This document shows, one piece after another, positions 1-11,954 of a stretch of DNA of 64,000 nucleotides. The translations under genes and the position numbers were made by a program. Source of the stretch: Malacoraja senta (Eukaryota); NCBI GenBank assembly GCA_038087875.1, contig CM075995.1, positions 6,512,001-6,576,000 on the forward strand. The letters are read 5' to 3'. The notes beneath the pieces were generated by a model. It was not told the DNA's origin. It worked only from the letters and a program-made list of their open reading frames with translations, and searched no databases. Position 1 is the first letter of the stretch. Each line of letters opens with the position of its first letter.

Positions 1-232
1 GAAGAAAGATTCCAAGGGGAGTAACGGGTGACCATGGCTGACAAGGGAAGTCAGGGACAGTGTAAAAAGAAAAGAAAAGAAGTACAACATAGCAAAGATG
101 ATCGGGAAGCCAGAGGATTGGGTAGCGTTATAAAGAGCAACAGAAGATAACTAAAAAGGCAATACAGGGAGAAAAGATGAGGTACGAAGGTACGTTAGTC
201 AAGAATATAAAGGAGGATAGTAAAAGCTTCTT

Positions 233-282
<50 letters not shown>
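233..282 (+). repeat. (GATA)n microsatellite, likely the tail of a short antisense retro-insertion (~236-385)
   Basis: Direct tandem GATA run; the host CR1 resumes at tttag|gtatgtgaagagg near 391. Confidence 0.85.
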
Positions 283-283
<1 letters not shown>

Positions 284-1199
284 ATACTTTATTAATCCCC
301 TTTTCAGGGGAAATTCAGATGTCCTTGCAGCACACTAATAAAAATACAACATAACATTAAAGAAGAAACATTAAAACATAAAAACATTTAGGTATGTGAA
401 GAGGAAAAAATTAGTTAAGACCAAAGTTGGACCCTCGAAGACTGGAAAAGATGAATTTATTATGGGGAACAAGGAAATGGCAGATGAGTTGAACAGGTAC
501 TTTGGATCCGTCTTCACTAAGGAGGACTCAAACAATCTTCCTGATGTACTAGTGGCCGGAGGATCTGGGATGACGGACGAACTGAAGGAAATCCACATTA
601 GGCAGGAAATGGTATTGGGTAAACTGATGGAACTGAAGGCTGATAAATCCCCAGGGCCTGATGGTCTGCATCCCAGGGTACTTAAGGAAGTGGCTCTAGA
701 AATCGTGAATGCATTGGTGATAATTTTCCAATGTTCTCTAGATTCAGGATCAGTTCCTGTGGATTGGAGAGTAGCTAATGTTATCCCAATTTTTAAGAAA
801 GGTGGGAGAGAGAAAACAGGGAATTATAGACCAGTTAGCCTGACATCGGTGGTAGGGAAAATGCTGGGGTCAATCATAAAAGTTGAAATAGTGGCACATT
901 TGGATAGTAGTAACAGGATCAGTCTGAGCCAGCATGGATTTACAAAGGGGAAATCATGCTTGACTAATCTTCTGGAATTTTTTGAGGATGTAACTAGGAA
1001 AATGGACAAGCGAGAAAATGGACAGTGCATCTAGTGGACCTGGACTTTCAGAAAGCATTTGATAAGAAAACATAGGAGATTAGTGGGCATAATGAGGGCA
1101 CATGGTATTGGGGGTAGAGTGCTGACATGGATAGAAAATTGGTTGGCAGACAGGAAACAAAGAGTAGGGATTAACGGGTCTTTTTTAGAATGGCAGGTA

Positions 1200-1841
1200 A
1201 TAATAATAATAATAATAGATTTTATTTATATAGCGCTTTTCAGGATTCAAAGTCGCTTTACATTGAGAGTCAGGAATAAACAAAACAAAATAGAGTAGTA
1301 AGACAGATGCAAATGGGGAGGGGAACATGGGACTAAGGGTATGCAGAGGTGAAGAGATGGGTCTTGAGGCGGGACTGGAAGATGATGAGGGACTCAGAAT
1401 TTCGGACCAGTTGTGGGAGGGAATTCCAGAGCCTGGGAGCTGCCCTGGAGAAGGCTCTGCCTCCAAAAGTGCAGAGGTTTGATTTCGGAGTGGAGAGGAG
1501 ACCAGCTGATGTGGATCTGAGGGACCGTGAGGGTTGGTAGGGGGAGAGGAGGTCAATGAGATAAGGGTGGGCCAAGTTGTTGAGGGCTTTGTAGATGAGG
1601 ACCAGGATTTTGTAGGTGATCCGGTGGGAAATGGGAAGCCAGTGAAGTTCTTTGAGAACTGGGGTGATGTGGTGCCAGGATTTGGTGTGGGTAATGAGTC
1701 GAGCGGCTGCATTCTGGTCCAGTTGGAGTCGGTTGATGCTGCTGGAATTGATTCCAAAGAGAAGAGAGTTACAGTAGTCCAGTCGGGAGGAGATGAAGGC
1801 ATGGATGAGTCTTTCAGCAGCGGGGGGTGTGAGAGAGGATC
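1200..1841 (-). mobile_element. L2-clade LINE 3' fragment
   Basis: Minus-strand ORF SRSLRS...GGRAFSRAAPRLWNSLP...RLKTHLF followed by a (TAT)n tail; inserted in the CR1. Confidence 0.85.
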
Positions 1842-1958
1842 TGACTAGTGGGGTACTGCAAGGCTAGGTGCTGGGACCACAGCTATTTACAATATATATT
1901 AATGATTTAGATGAAGGGATTGCATGGCAGATGCAGTTTAATGTGGATAAATGCGAGG

Positions 1959-2349
1959 TTATTCAACTCCCCCTCCCATTTCGTATCCGACCTTTCTGTC
2001 CTGGGCCCCCTCCATGGCCAGAGTGAGTCCCACCGCAAATTGGAGGAGCAGCACCTCATATTTTGCTTGGGCAGTTTACACCCCAGTGGTATGAACATTG
2101 ACTTTTCCAATTTCAGGTAGTCCTTGCTTTCTCCATCCTTCCCCTGCCCTTCCCAGCTCTCCCACAGCCCATTGTCTCCGCCTCTTCCTTCTTCATATCC
2201 TCCCCCCCCCCACCTCATCAGTCTGAAGAAGGGTCTCGACCCGAAACGTCACCTTTTCCTTCGCTCCATAGATGCTGCCTCACCCGCTGAGTTTCCCCAG
2301 CATTTTTGTCTGCTTTTGGTTATTCCAGCTTCTGCAGTTCTTTCTTAAC
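1959..2349 (+). mobile_element. Penelope-like element 3' end (GIY-YIG C-terminus, hammerhead motif, tail)
   Basis: FNSPSH...LSVLG...RKLEEQHLIFCLGSLHPSGMNIDFSNFR* matches the GIY-YIG ORF at 49502; followed by a pyrimidine tract and CTGAAGA...GAAACGTC. Confidence 0.85.
2223..2250 (+). ncRNA. Minimal type-I hammerhead ribozyme core (Penelope-associated)
   Basis: CUGAAGA-A-GGGUC-UC-GACCC-GAAA-C-GUC: conserved core, 5-bp stem II, palindromic ACGU in place of stem III, GUC cleavage triplet. Confidence 0.75.
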
Positions 2350-3639
2350 CATTATCTAAATGGTGGAAAGTTGGGAAAAGGCAAAGTACAACAGGATCTG
2401 GGGGTCCTTGTTCATCAGTCAATGAAAGTAAGCATGCAGGTACAGCAGGCGGTGAAGAAAGTGAATGGCATGTTGGCCTCAATAACAAGAGGAGTTGAGT
2501 ATAGGAGCAAAGAGGCTCTTCTGCAGTTGTAAGGACCCCAGTGAGACCACACCTGGAGTATTGTGTGCAGTTTTAGTCTCCAAATTTGAGGAAGGACATT
2601 CTTGCTATTGAGGGAGTGCAGAGTAGGTTTACAAGGTTAATTCCCGGGATGGCGGGACTGTCATATGCTGAGAGAATGGAGCGGCTGGGCTTGTACACTC
2701 TGGAGTTTAGAAGGATGAGAGGGAATCTTATTGAAACTTTAAAGATTATTAAGGGTTTGGACACGCTAGAGGCAAGAAACATGTTCCCGATGTTGGGGGA
2801 GTCCAGAACCAGGGGCCACAGTTTAAGAATAAGGAGTAAGCCATTTGGAACGGAGATGAGGAAACAATTTTTCTCACAGAGAGTGGTGAGTCTGTGGAAT
2901 TCTCAGCCTCAGAGGGCGGTGGAGGCCGGTTCTCTGGATACTTTGAAGAGAGAGCTAAATAGGACTCTTAAAGATAGTGGAGTCAGTGGATATGGGGAGA
3001 AGGCAGGAACGGGGTACTGATTGTGGATGATCAGCCATGATCACATTGAATGGCTCGAAGGGCTGAATGGCCTACTCCTGCACCTATTGTCAATTATCAA
3101 ACTCTCAATTAAATTTATTCTGTAACGATTTTTGTTCCCCCAAGTTTTTGCGAAATACCGCTGTGCAAACTTCCCTTTTCCTAGGAGACAGGAAGACAGA
3201 GGATTTACTCCCAACTGTCTCCAACACTGCGTGGAATAAACCACTTGCTGAGCTGTTAGTTGACTCATCCGCCCACTTCCCCTTCAAAAAGTACCTCACA
3301 TCTATGACACCTCCCCCCCCATCCCACGAGACAAGATGGTGAGACAGCAGACACCACAAAACGCAATGGGAACAACACACGGTGCGATGACCCATCGCCT
3401 GATGATGCAAGGCTTACCATGACGTCCCTTTTAATCAGCAATCTTCCACTCCCACGCAAAGCTAACTGTTCAAACTACCTCTTACCATTCATGAGGATGT
3501 TGCCAGGACTCGAGGGCCTGAGCTATAGGGAGAGGTTGAGCAGGCTGTGGGACTCTATTCCTTGGAGCGCAGGAGGATGAGGGGTGATCTTATTGAAGTG
3601 TACAAAATCATGAGAGGAATAAACGCAGTCTCTTAGATA

Positions 3640-4085
3640 CATAGAAACGTAGAAAATAGGTGCAGGAGGAGGCCATTCGGCCCTTCGAGCCAGCACCGCC
3701 ATTCATTGTGATCATGGCTGATCGTCCCCTATCAATAACCCCTGCCTGCCTTCTCCCCATATCCCTTGATTCCACTAGCCCCTAGAGCTCTATCTAACTC
3801 TCTCTTAAATCCATCCAGTGACTTGGCCTCCACTGCCCTCTGTGGCAGGGAATTCCACAAATTCACAACTCTCTTGGTGAAAAAGTTTTTTCTCACTTCA
3901 GTCTTAAATGACCTCCCCTTTATTCTAAGACTGTGGCCCCTGGTTCTGGATTCGCCCAACATTGGGAACATTTTTCCTGCATCTAGCTTGTCCAGTCCTT
4001 TTATAATTTTATAAGTTTCTATAAGATGCCCCCTCATCCTTCTAAACTCCAGTGAATACAAGCCTAGTCTTTTCAATCTTTCAGA
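3640..4085 (-). mobile_element. CR1 LINE 3' fragment
   Basis: ORF 3732-4175 LGLYSLEFRRMRGHLIETYK...VVNLWNSLP and a 3' tail ending in ttctatgt repeats. Confidence 0.85.
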
Positions 4086-4744
4086 GTATGGGAAACAACA
4101 ACAAGAGGGCCTTGGTTTTAGGTGAGGGGAGGGGAAAGATTTAATAGGAATCTGAGGGGTAACATTTTCACACAAAAAGTGGTGGGTTTATGGATCGAGC
4201 TGCCAGAGGAGGTCGTTGAGGCAAGGACTATCGCAACATTTACATGGATAGTATGGGAAGGAAATTCTGATGCTGGTTTAAACCGAAGACAGGCATAAAA
4301 AGCAGGAGTAACTCAGTGGGTCAGGCAGCATCTCCGGAGAAAAGGAATGGGTGACATTTTGGTTTCGAGTCTGAAGAAAGGTCTTGACCTGAAACGTCAC
4401 CCATTCCTTTTCTCTAGAGATGCTGCCTCACCTGCTGAGTTGATGTAGCTTTTTTGTCTATCTTAGGTACATGGATAGGACAGGTTTTGAGTGATATGGG
4501 CCAAACGCAGGCAGGTGGAACTAGTGTAGATGGGACATATTGGCCAGTGTGGGCAGGTTGGGCCGAAGGGCCTGTTTCCACGTTGTATGACTGTGACCGA
4601 AGCTTGGCGTGTGTGTTTGTGTGTGTTCATAAGTGATAGCAGCAGAATTAGGCCTTTCGGTCCATCGCGTCTACTCCACCATTCAATCATGACTGATCTA
4701 TCTTTCCCTCTCAATCCCATTCTCCTGCCTTCTCCCCATAACCC

Positions 4745-5082
4745 TGTGCGTGTGTGTGTGCGTACATGTGTGTGAAAGCATGGGTGTACATGCGTGTGTG
4801 TGAAAGCGCGTGTACGCGCATGTATGTACGTGTTAATGTGCGTGTGTGTACACGTGTTAACATGCCTGTTTGCGTGTACGTGTGTGTGTGTACTTGCATG
4901 TGTATGAAAGTGTGTGCCTGTGTGCGTTCGTGTGCCCGCGTTTAATATGTTTGTGTGCGCGTGCGTTTAATACGTTCGTGTGTGTGTGTGCGTTTTTAAT
5001 GCGTTCGTGTGTGTGCGCGCGTTTAATACGCTTGTGTGTGTGTGTGCTCGCGTTTAATACATTTGTGTGTGTGTGTGCGCAT
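4745..5082 (+). repeat. Degenerate (GT)n-rich simple repeat
   Basis: Interrupted TG/CG dinucleotide runs with a recurring gcgtttaatac unit. Confidence 0.85.
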
Positions 5083-8000
5083 GTGGTGAGGTGGGTGGTT
5101 TCATTTCCGTGTGATTCTGCCGCACATGTGGAGCTAATGATTTGGAAATCTTTTAATGCAGATGCGTCCTGTTGAGATGATGGTTAATTAGACCGCAGTT
5201 GGAGTATTGTGCACAGTATGGGGGACCTCATTTGTACGTTAGACTTTAGAGATACAGCGCGGAAACAGGCACTTCAGCCCACCATCGATCCCCGTACACT
5301 AGCACTATCCTACACACCAGGGACAATTTACAATTTTACTGAAGCCAATTAACCTACAAACCTGTACGTCTTTGGAGTGTGGGAGGAAACCGGAGCACCC
5401 GGAAAACCCCAGACATGTCACGGGGAGAACGTACAAACTGCGTACAGACAGCTCCCATGGTCAGGATCGAACCTGGGTCTCTGGTGCTGTAAGGCAGCAA
5501 CTCTACCACTGCGCCACGATGCCACCCTTGTAGGGAGGGTGTTAGAAGCAGGCAGAAGATGCAGCAGAGATTAACTGGAAAGGCAGACACAAAGTAACTC
5601 AGCGGGTCAGGCGGCTTGGCTTCTCTGGAGAACATGGAGAGGTGATGTTTAAGGTCGGAACTGAAGACGGGTCCTGACCCAAAACGTGCCTCCGCCTGAA
5701 GAATGGCCTTGACCTAAAACATCACCTCTCCATATCCTCTAGAGACGCTGCCTGACCTGCTGATTTACTCCAGCACGTTGTGTCTGTCTTTCCAGTTCAT
5801 CTCTGCTGCATCTTCTGCCTGAGTTACTACAGCACTTTGTATTTTATCTTTTGTAAACCATCATCTGCAGTTCCTGGCATCTCCTTTTAACTGGGAAGAC
5901 ACCAAGTTAGAGTTGTGGAGGAGAACTCCTTTAGAAAGGACAGGCACAAGTGCTTGAGTAACTCAGCGGGTCAGGCAGAATCTCTGGAGAAAAGGAATTG
6001 GTGACGTTTCTGGTCGAGACCCTTCCTCAGACTTTAGAAAGATGAGGAGGAATTTCTTTAGTTAGAGGGTGGTGAATCTGTGGAATTCATTGCCATAGAA
6101 GGCTGTGGAGGTCGGCAATGGATATTTTTAAGGCGGAGATAGACAGATTCTTGATTCATAGGGGTTATGGAAGAAGGCAGGAGAACGGGGTTAGGAGGGA
6201 GAGATAGATCAGCCATGATTGAATGGCGGAGTGGACTTGACGGGCCGAATGCCCTAATTCTCCTGTAACTTATGAACTTGCTGGAACAAGGATGTATAAA
6301 GGGGCAGTGGAGGATGGGAGCAAAACACTTTTCTGATTTACAAAATGTTTTGGCCTTTAAAAAAAATGTTGTTAGTGTTTTTTAGTTTTAGAGCTACAGC
6401 ATTTTGTGCCTATCCATTTTCTTTACATCCCATCGCTCTGCCTGAACCCTTCTCAGGGGACAGATGTGGGCCACGTAATTTCCAGCTGAAAAAAAATACG
6501 ACAGCACGGTGGCACAGAGCAGCTGCCTCACAGCGCCAGAGACCGCGGTTTAATCCTGGCCTCGGGTGCTGTACGCAGTTAGCACGTTCTCCCTGTACTC
6601 TGGTCTCAGTGGTTCAACGGTGTAGATTTTATTGTCTCGTGCGAAGTGCTGACAAGAAGGGTCTCGACCCGAAATGTCACCTATTCCTTCTCTCCAGAGA
6701 TGCTGCCTGTCCCGCTGAGTTACTCCAGCATTTTGTGTCTACCTTTGATTTAAACCAGCATCTGCAGTTCTTTCCTACACTAAACGTCTTTATCGTCCAG
6801 TAGAGCATCGCCACGCCCCCGATCCCCGATTAGCAAGTCTACAGAAATAGTCTACTGAGATTTGTATTCACTGGGCTTGTACTAAGGGCTTGTATTCACT
6901 GGAGTTTAGAAGGATGATGATCACAATGAATGCCGGTGCTGGCTCGAAGGGCCAAATGGCATCCTCCTGCACCTATTTTCTATGTTTCTATGAGCCCGCA
7001 TGCAAGGGGTGCTATGTTTTGACGCCATTTTGAACATCCACGCTCCAGTTGTTATGAGCAGTGCTTGTTCCAGGCGAGCCCCAGGCAGCTGTAGGGCCTC
7101 CAGCCTCTCCTTCCGACTGGACTGTCTGTAAGATAAAGGCTTTCACTGTGTTACCACTTGGCACCAATGAAAATAAAAGCACCATTGAAACCGGAGCACC
7201 CGGAGAAACCCACGCGGTCACAGGGAGAACGTACAAACTCCGTACAGACAGCACCCATAATCAGGATGGAACCCGGGTCTCTGGCGCTGAAAGGCAGCAA
7301 CTCTACCGCTGCGCCTCCGTGCCGCCAGACTTTAGCAGTGTGTGTGTGTGCATTGTGGAGCATTTTGTCACATGTGTCCTGAGAAGGACATTGTAACTAC
7401 GATCTTTAAAGCACAATCTGGACGTGTAGATTGTTCATAACTGCGGATGCTTCAAGACCTACCCACCCATCTGCCCATCAAAGCCGCCTCACCTGTATTC
7501 ACCGATCACTTGCCGGGATTTGTTCAGTCCCCAACTCCTTTCCAGCTTCCTCTCCCACCAGCAATCAATCTGAAAACGGCACATTGGTGGTGCCGCGGTA
7601 GAGCTGCTGCCTTACAGCACCAGAGACCCAAGTTCGATCCTGACTATGAGGTTTGTACGTTCTCCCTGTGATCAAGTTGGTTTTCTCCGAGTGTCCCTAC
7701 ACTCCAAAGATGTACCGGTTTGCAGGTTAATTGTTCTGTAAATTGTAAGTTGTCCTCTTTTAGTTTAATTTTAGAGATACAGCGCGCAAACAGGCCCCTT
7801 CGGCCCACCGCATCCGTGCCGACCAGCGATACCCGCACACTAACACTGTCCTACACACACCAGGGACAATTTACAATTATTCCAAGCTAATTAACCTACA
7901 AACCTGTGCGTCGTTGGAATGTGGGAGGAAGCCAAAGATCTTGGAGAAAACCCACGCAGGTCACGGGGAGAACGTACAAACTCCGTACAGACAGCACCCG

Positions 8001-8479
8001 TTGTCCGGATCGAACCTGGCGCTGTGAGGCAGCAACTCTACCGCTGTGCCCACCGTGCCTCTTTTATCTGCCCGACTTCCTCTGCTGTGGTTGTGAGAAT
8101 TTAACAGCTAATGAATAAACGTATGAGGGGGGAGGGGAGTAAGGTCTTGAAGCATCTGCAGTTATGAACAATCTACATGTCCAGATTGGGCTTTAAAGAT
8201 CGTAGTTACAATCTCCTTCTCATGACCCATGTGACAAAATGCTCCACAATGCACACATTGCTAAAATACTTTTAATTGATTAAGCCCTCCCGTTTCATAC
8301 ATAAAGATTTGTGAATATTTTGTGGAGATTTTGACCTTGATATTCACGAATGGATATGTTTAAAGAACAAGTGTTCTTTCACTGCTGGTATGTGGCACTG
8401 GGCCACTGAAACTTGGGAGGTCCTGGGTTTGAATTTTGGTCTGCGATGTGTATATTGTTGCTACTGATCTAAACATCCC

Positions 8480-8795
8480 GGGCGACACGGTGGCGCAATG
8501 GTAGAGTTGTCGCCTCACACCGCCAGAGACCCGGGTTCCATCCTGATTACGGGTGCAGTCGGTACGGAGTTTGTACATTCTCCCTGTGACCTACGTGGGT
8601 TTTCTCTGGGTGCTCCCGTTTCCTCCCACACTCCAAAGATGTACAGGTTTAGAGGTTAACTGGCTTCGGTAAAGATTGTACATTGTCCCTAGTGTGTAGG
8701 ATAGTGCTAGTGTATAGGGATCACTGGTTGGCGCGGACTCGGTGAGCTGGAGGGCCTGTTTTCACGCTGAATATCTAAACTAAACTAAACTAAAA
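8480..8795 (+). mobile_element. tRNA-derived V-SINE (HE1-like), full length; representative of more than 20 copies
   Basis: A box ggtggcgcaatggtag, B box gggttccatcc, V-domain-like gtgggttttctctgggtgctcccgtttcctcccacactcc, LINE-like tail and (CTAAA)n end. Further copies at about 5240, 7580, 7760, 9845, 21795, 23010, 24350, 25125, 26805, 27330, 28250, 33060, 37265, 38185, 45415, 45605, 48170, 48600, 50395, 63240. Confidence 0.85.
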
Positions 8796-11700
8796 GACGT
8801 AAGGGCCTGTCCCACATAAGGGCCTGTCCCACTTACGCGATTCTTTCGGCAACTGCAGCACCCGGCATAGTCGAAGCAAGTCGGCAAAAATGTTAAAAAT
8901 GTTGAAAATCTTTGGGCGACTACTCACGACCATACAGGCGACATGTTTGGAGGGATGTGGGCCAAACACAGGCAGGTGGGACTAATGTAGATGGGACATG
9001 TTGGTCGGTGTGGGCAAATTGGGCAGACAGGCCTGTTTCCACACTTTATGTCATGTAGTGGAGGGGAGGGATAGGGGTGGGGGCTGGAGTGGTGTGGAGT
9101 GGAGGAATGGGAGAAGTGGGTTGGAGAGGGAGTGTTTTAGTGACGAGTTTCCAGAGCTTGAAGCTCACCCAAATAACAACTTGAAGCTCACCTAAGTAAC
9201 AATAACAACAGCCAGACCCTGAAAATCCAGGTCGTGCTGAATGGTCACAATTAAAGAAACACAGAAATCTTGTCTACTTCACTGATTGTTCGACAAGATT
9301 TTGACTCAAATCAAGATGCAATCACGGGCAAGTGGGACTAGTGTAGATGGACATGTTGGTTGGCGTGGTCAAGGTGGACCGAAGGGGCCTGTTTCTACGC
9401 TGTCTGTCTCCATGTGTGAGGTCTGAAGCAAATTTGGGCCCCATATCTGAGGATGTGCTGGCTCTGGAGAGGGTCCAGAGGAGGTTTACAAGAATGATCC
9501 CAAGAATGAGTGGGTTAGCGTATGATGAGCTGGGCCAGTACTCGCTGGAGTTTAGAGGTTGTATTCCTATAACCTGTGAACTTGTCTACAATTGCTGGGA
9601 CAGGAACTGCCGGATCTTAGTTTAGTTTAGAGATTCAGCGTGGATACAGAAGGTAGACAAAAGTGGTGGAGAAACTCAGTGGGTGCAGCAGCATCTATGG
9701 AGCGAAGGAAATAGGCAACGTTTCGGGTTCGGCCCGAAACGTTGCCTATTTCCTTCGCTCCGTAGATGCTGCTGCACCCGCTGAGTTTCTCCAGCACTTT
9801 TGTCTACCTTCGATTTTCCAGCATCTGCAGTTCCTTCTTAAACAGCGTGCAAACAGGCTCTTCGGGCCACCGAGTCCGCACCGACCAGCAATCCGTGCAC
9901 GTTAGCACTATCCTACACACACCTGGACATGTTATTTATACACTTATACCAAGCCAATTAACCTACAAAACCTGCACGTCTTTGGAATGTGGGAGGAAAC
10001 CGGAGCACCAGAGAAAACCCACGCAGGTCACGGGGAGAACGTACAGACTCCGTACGGACAGCGCCCGAAGTCCGGATGGAGTCGGGTCTCTGGCGCTGTG
10101 AGGCAGTAGCCCCAGCAAGTGGAGCCACATTGGGAAGGAGCCTCGATTGACTTGACAACATTTTACCGCTGACAAAAATGTTCCATGATAAATTGAAGCA
10201 GTCAATTGAAAATGTTCACGTGACTCCGTCTGGGGCTGCACCAAGAGCAGCTGTGTGCTTGACACGCACAGGATGTGAATCTCAAAAGGCTTGCCCGGCT
10301 AGTCCTGTGTACTTTAACCAGCAATAAATATCCCCCCCCCCCCCCTGTCTTTAAACTATTGTTAAATCTGTTGCTTGCGTCTTCGGCTACTTAGGTTGAA
10401 TCGGGAATCCCTTCCGGGGTGCAAGTGTGCGGTTGGGATTTTATTTTTCCCTTCTCCTGAGAATTTTTTTTTTTTAATAAAGGGGAGAAAATACAGCCTC
10501 TTGTTGTGTGGGTCGGGGGAGGCGGTCAGAGCCGATCACCTTGGTCATGTGGTGTAGAAGCCGGAGACCGAGAAGGATCGGAGGCTGATGGAAGAGCTGA
10601 TCAGCGGGGGTTTCGTCTCGCTGGCTCCTCGGGCTGTTCCACGGTCCCGCTGGAAGATGCCATCGTCAGAGGCCGTCACCACGCGGAGCGCTGCCCGTCC
10701 GTCCTCCGCCACAGTCCGAGGTGCACGATTCGGGAGGGAGAACGTACCCCTTGTTTATTAACGATGTCTGTCCGAGGTTTTTGGGGGGGTGGGGGTGTGT
10801 GTGGGTTGGGGGGGAAATGGTGGTCTGGCCGTGTACTGTCGAGACGTCACTGTTTCTGAAGCATCGACGTTAGCTGCTGCTTGAAGCAGGCCCACTACAC
10901 CCAGCCGTGACCCCTGTGATAATTCACTAAATTACTGGCTTGAATGCTTTGTGCAGAGCTCCCTTTGTTGATGTTTTGCGGCTGGAAGCTGCTGCTGCCC
11001 ATTCCGCGCTTTAACTCATTCCGAGCTCGCAGTCGGATCAGCTCGGACTGCCTCCATTGCCTTTCATCGCCGGGGAAACGTTATTATGCCGTGGTTTTAT
11101 TCTTCAGTCTTTCCCCCATGTGCGTGACATGGTGTTGTATTGACTTTGTCTCGCAAGGTTTCTAATCCTTGTGCCATTGCCATTCACGTCCCAGAGAGTC
11201 AAGAGTGTTTTATTGTCATCTGTCCCAGATAGAACAATGAAATTCTTACTCGCAGCAAGGGAACATATGCTCTCTGACAGCGAATAGCATCTAGTCATCT
11301 GTTAATGAAATATTTCAAACGTTGACCATTCTTCCATGTGGACGCTCTCTGTTAACCCTTTAGCGGACAGTTCTAATCACCGTTGAATTTGGCTGAATGG
11401 CGTGCACTGTTGCATATCTTTCATTCATTTGTTCTAGCAGTCGACGTCACCGTCTATATCTCTCGTTTTCCCCCTCCCTGACTCTCAGTCTGAAGAAGGG
11501 TCTCGACCCGAAATGTCACCTATTCATTATCTCAGGGATGCTGCCTGACCCGCTGAGTTACTCCAGCTTTTTGTGTGTATCTTCGGTTTAAAACAGCACT
11601 TGCAGTTCCTTCCGACACGGCATGTACTGTTATCAGGCTTCTGAACGGTCCTTCCATAAGCTAGGATACTGTGATTCATCTCTGCCCCATTGTGGACATT

Positions 11701-11954
11701 GGACTTTGTCTCTGGGACTGATGCTCGACAATACTGAGCATTATACTTTTTATTGTATCTTCCCCTTTAAAAGCTCAGACGTTATAGGGGCAGTCTACAT
11801 GATTTCATCGTCTACCATTCAATCGTGGCTGATCTATCTCTCCCTCTCAACCCCATTCTCCTGCCTTCTCCCATAACTCCTGACACCCGTACTAATCAAT
11901 AATCTGTCTATCGCCTTAAAAATATCCATTGACTCCATCCATAACCTTCTGTGG

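Larger units (their letters stand above)
1..3090 (+). mobile_element. CR1-clade LINE (HER1-like) ORF2 and 3' tail, degenerate, with nested insertions
   Basis: ORF 396-1034 has [45 protein letters not shown] 2586-3020 has LYTLEFRRMRGNLIE...RVVSLWNS. Interrupted at about 236-385, 1200-1841 and 1959-2349. Confidence 0.9.
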
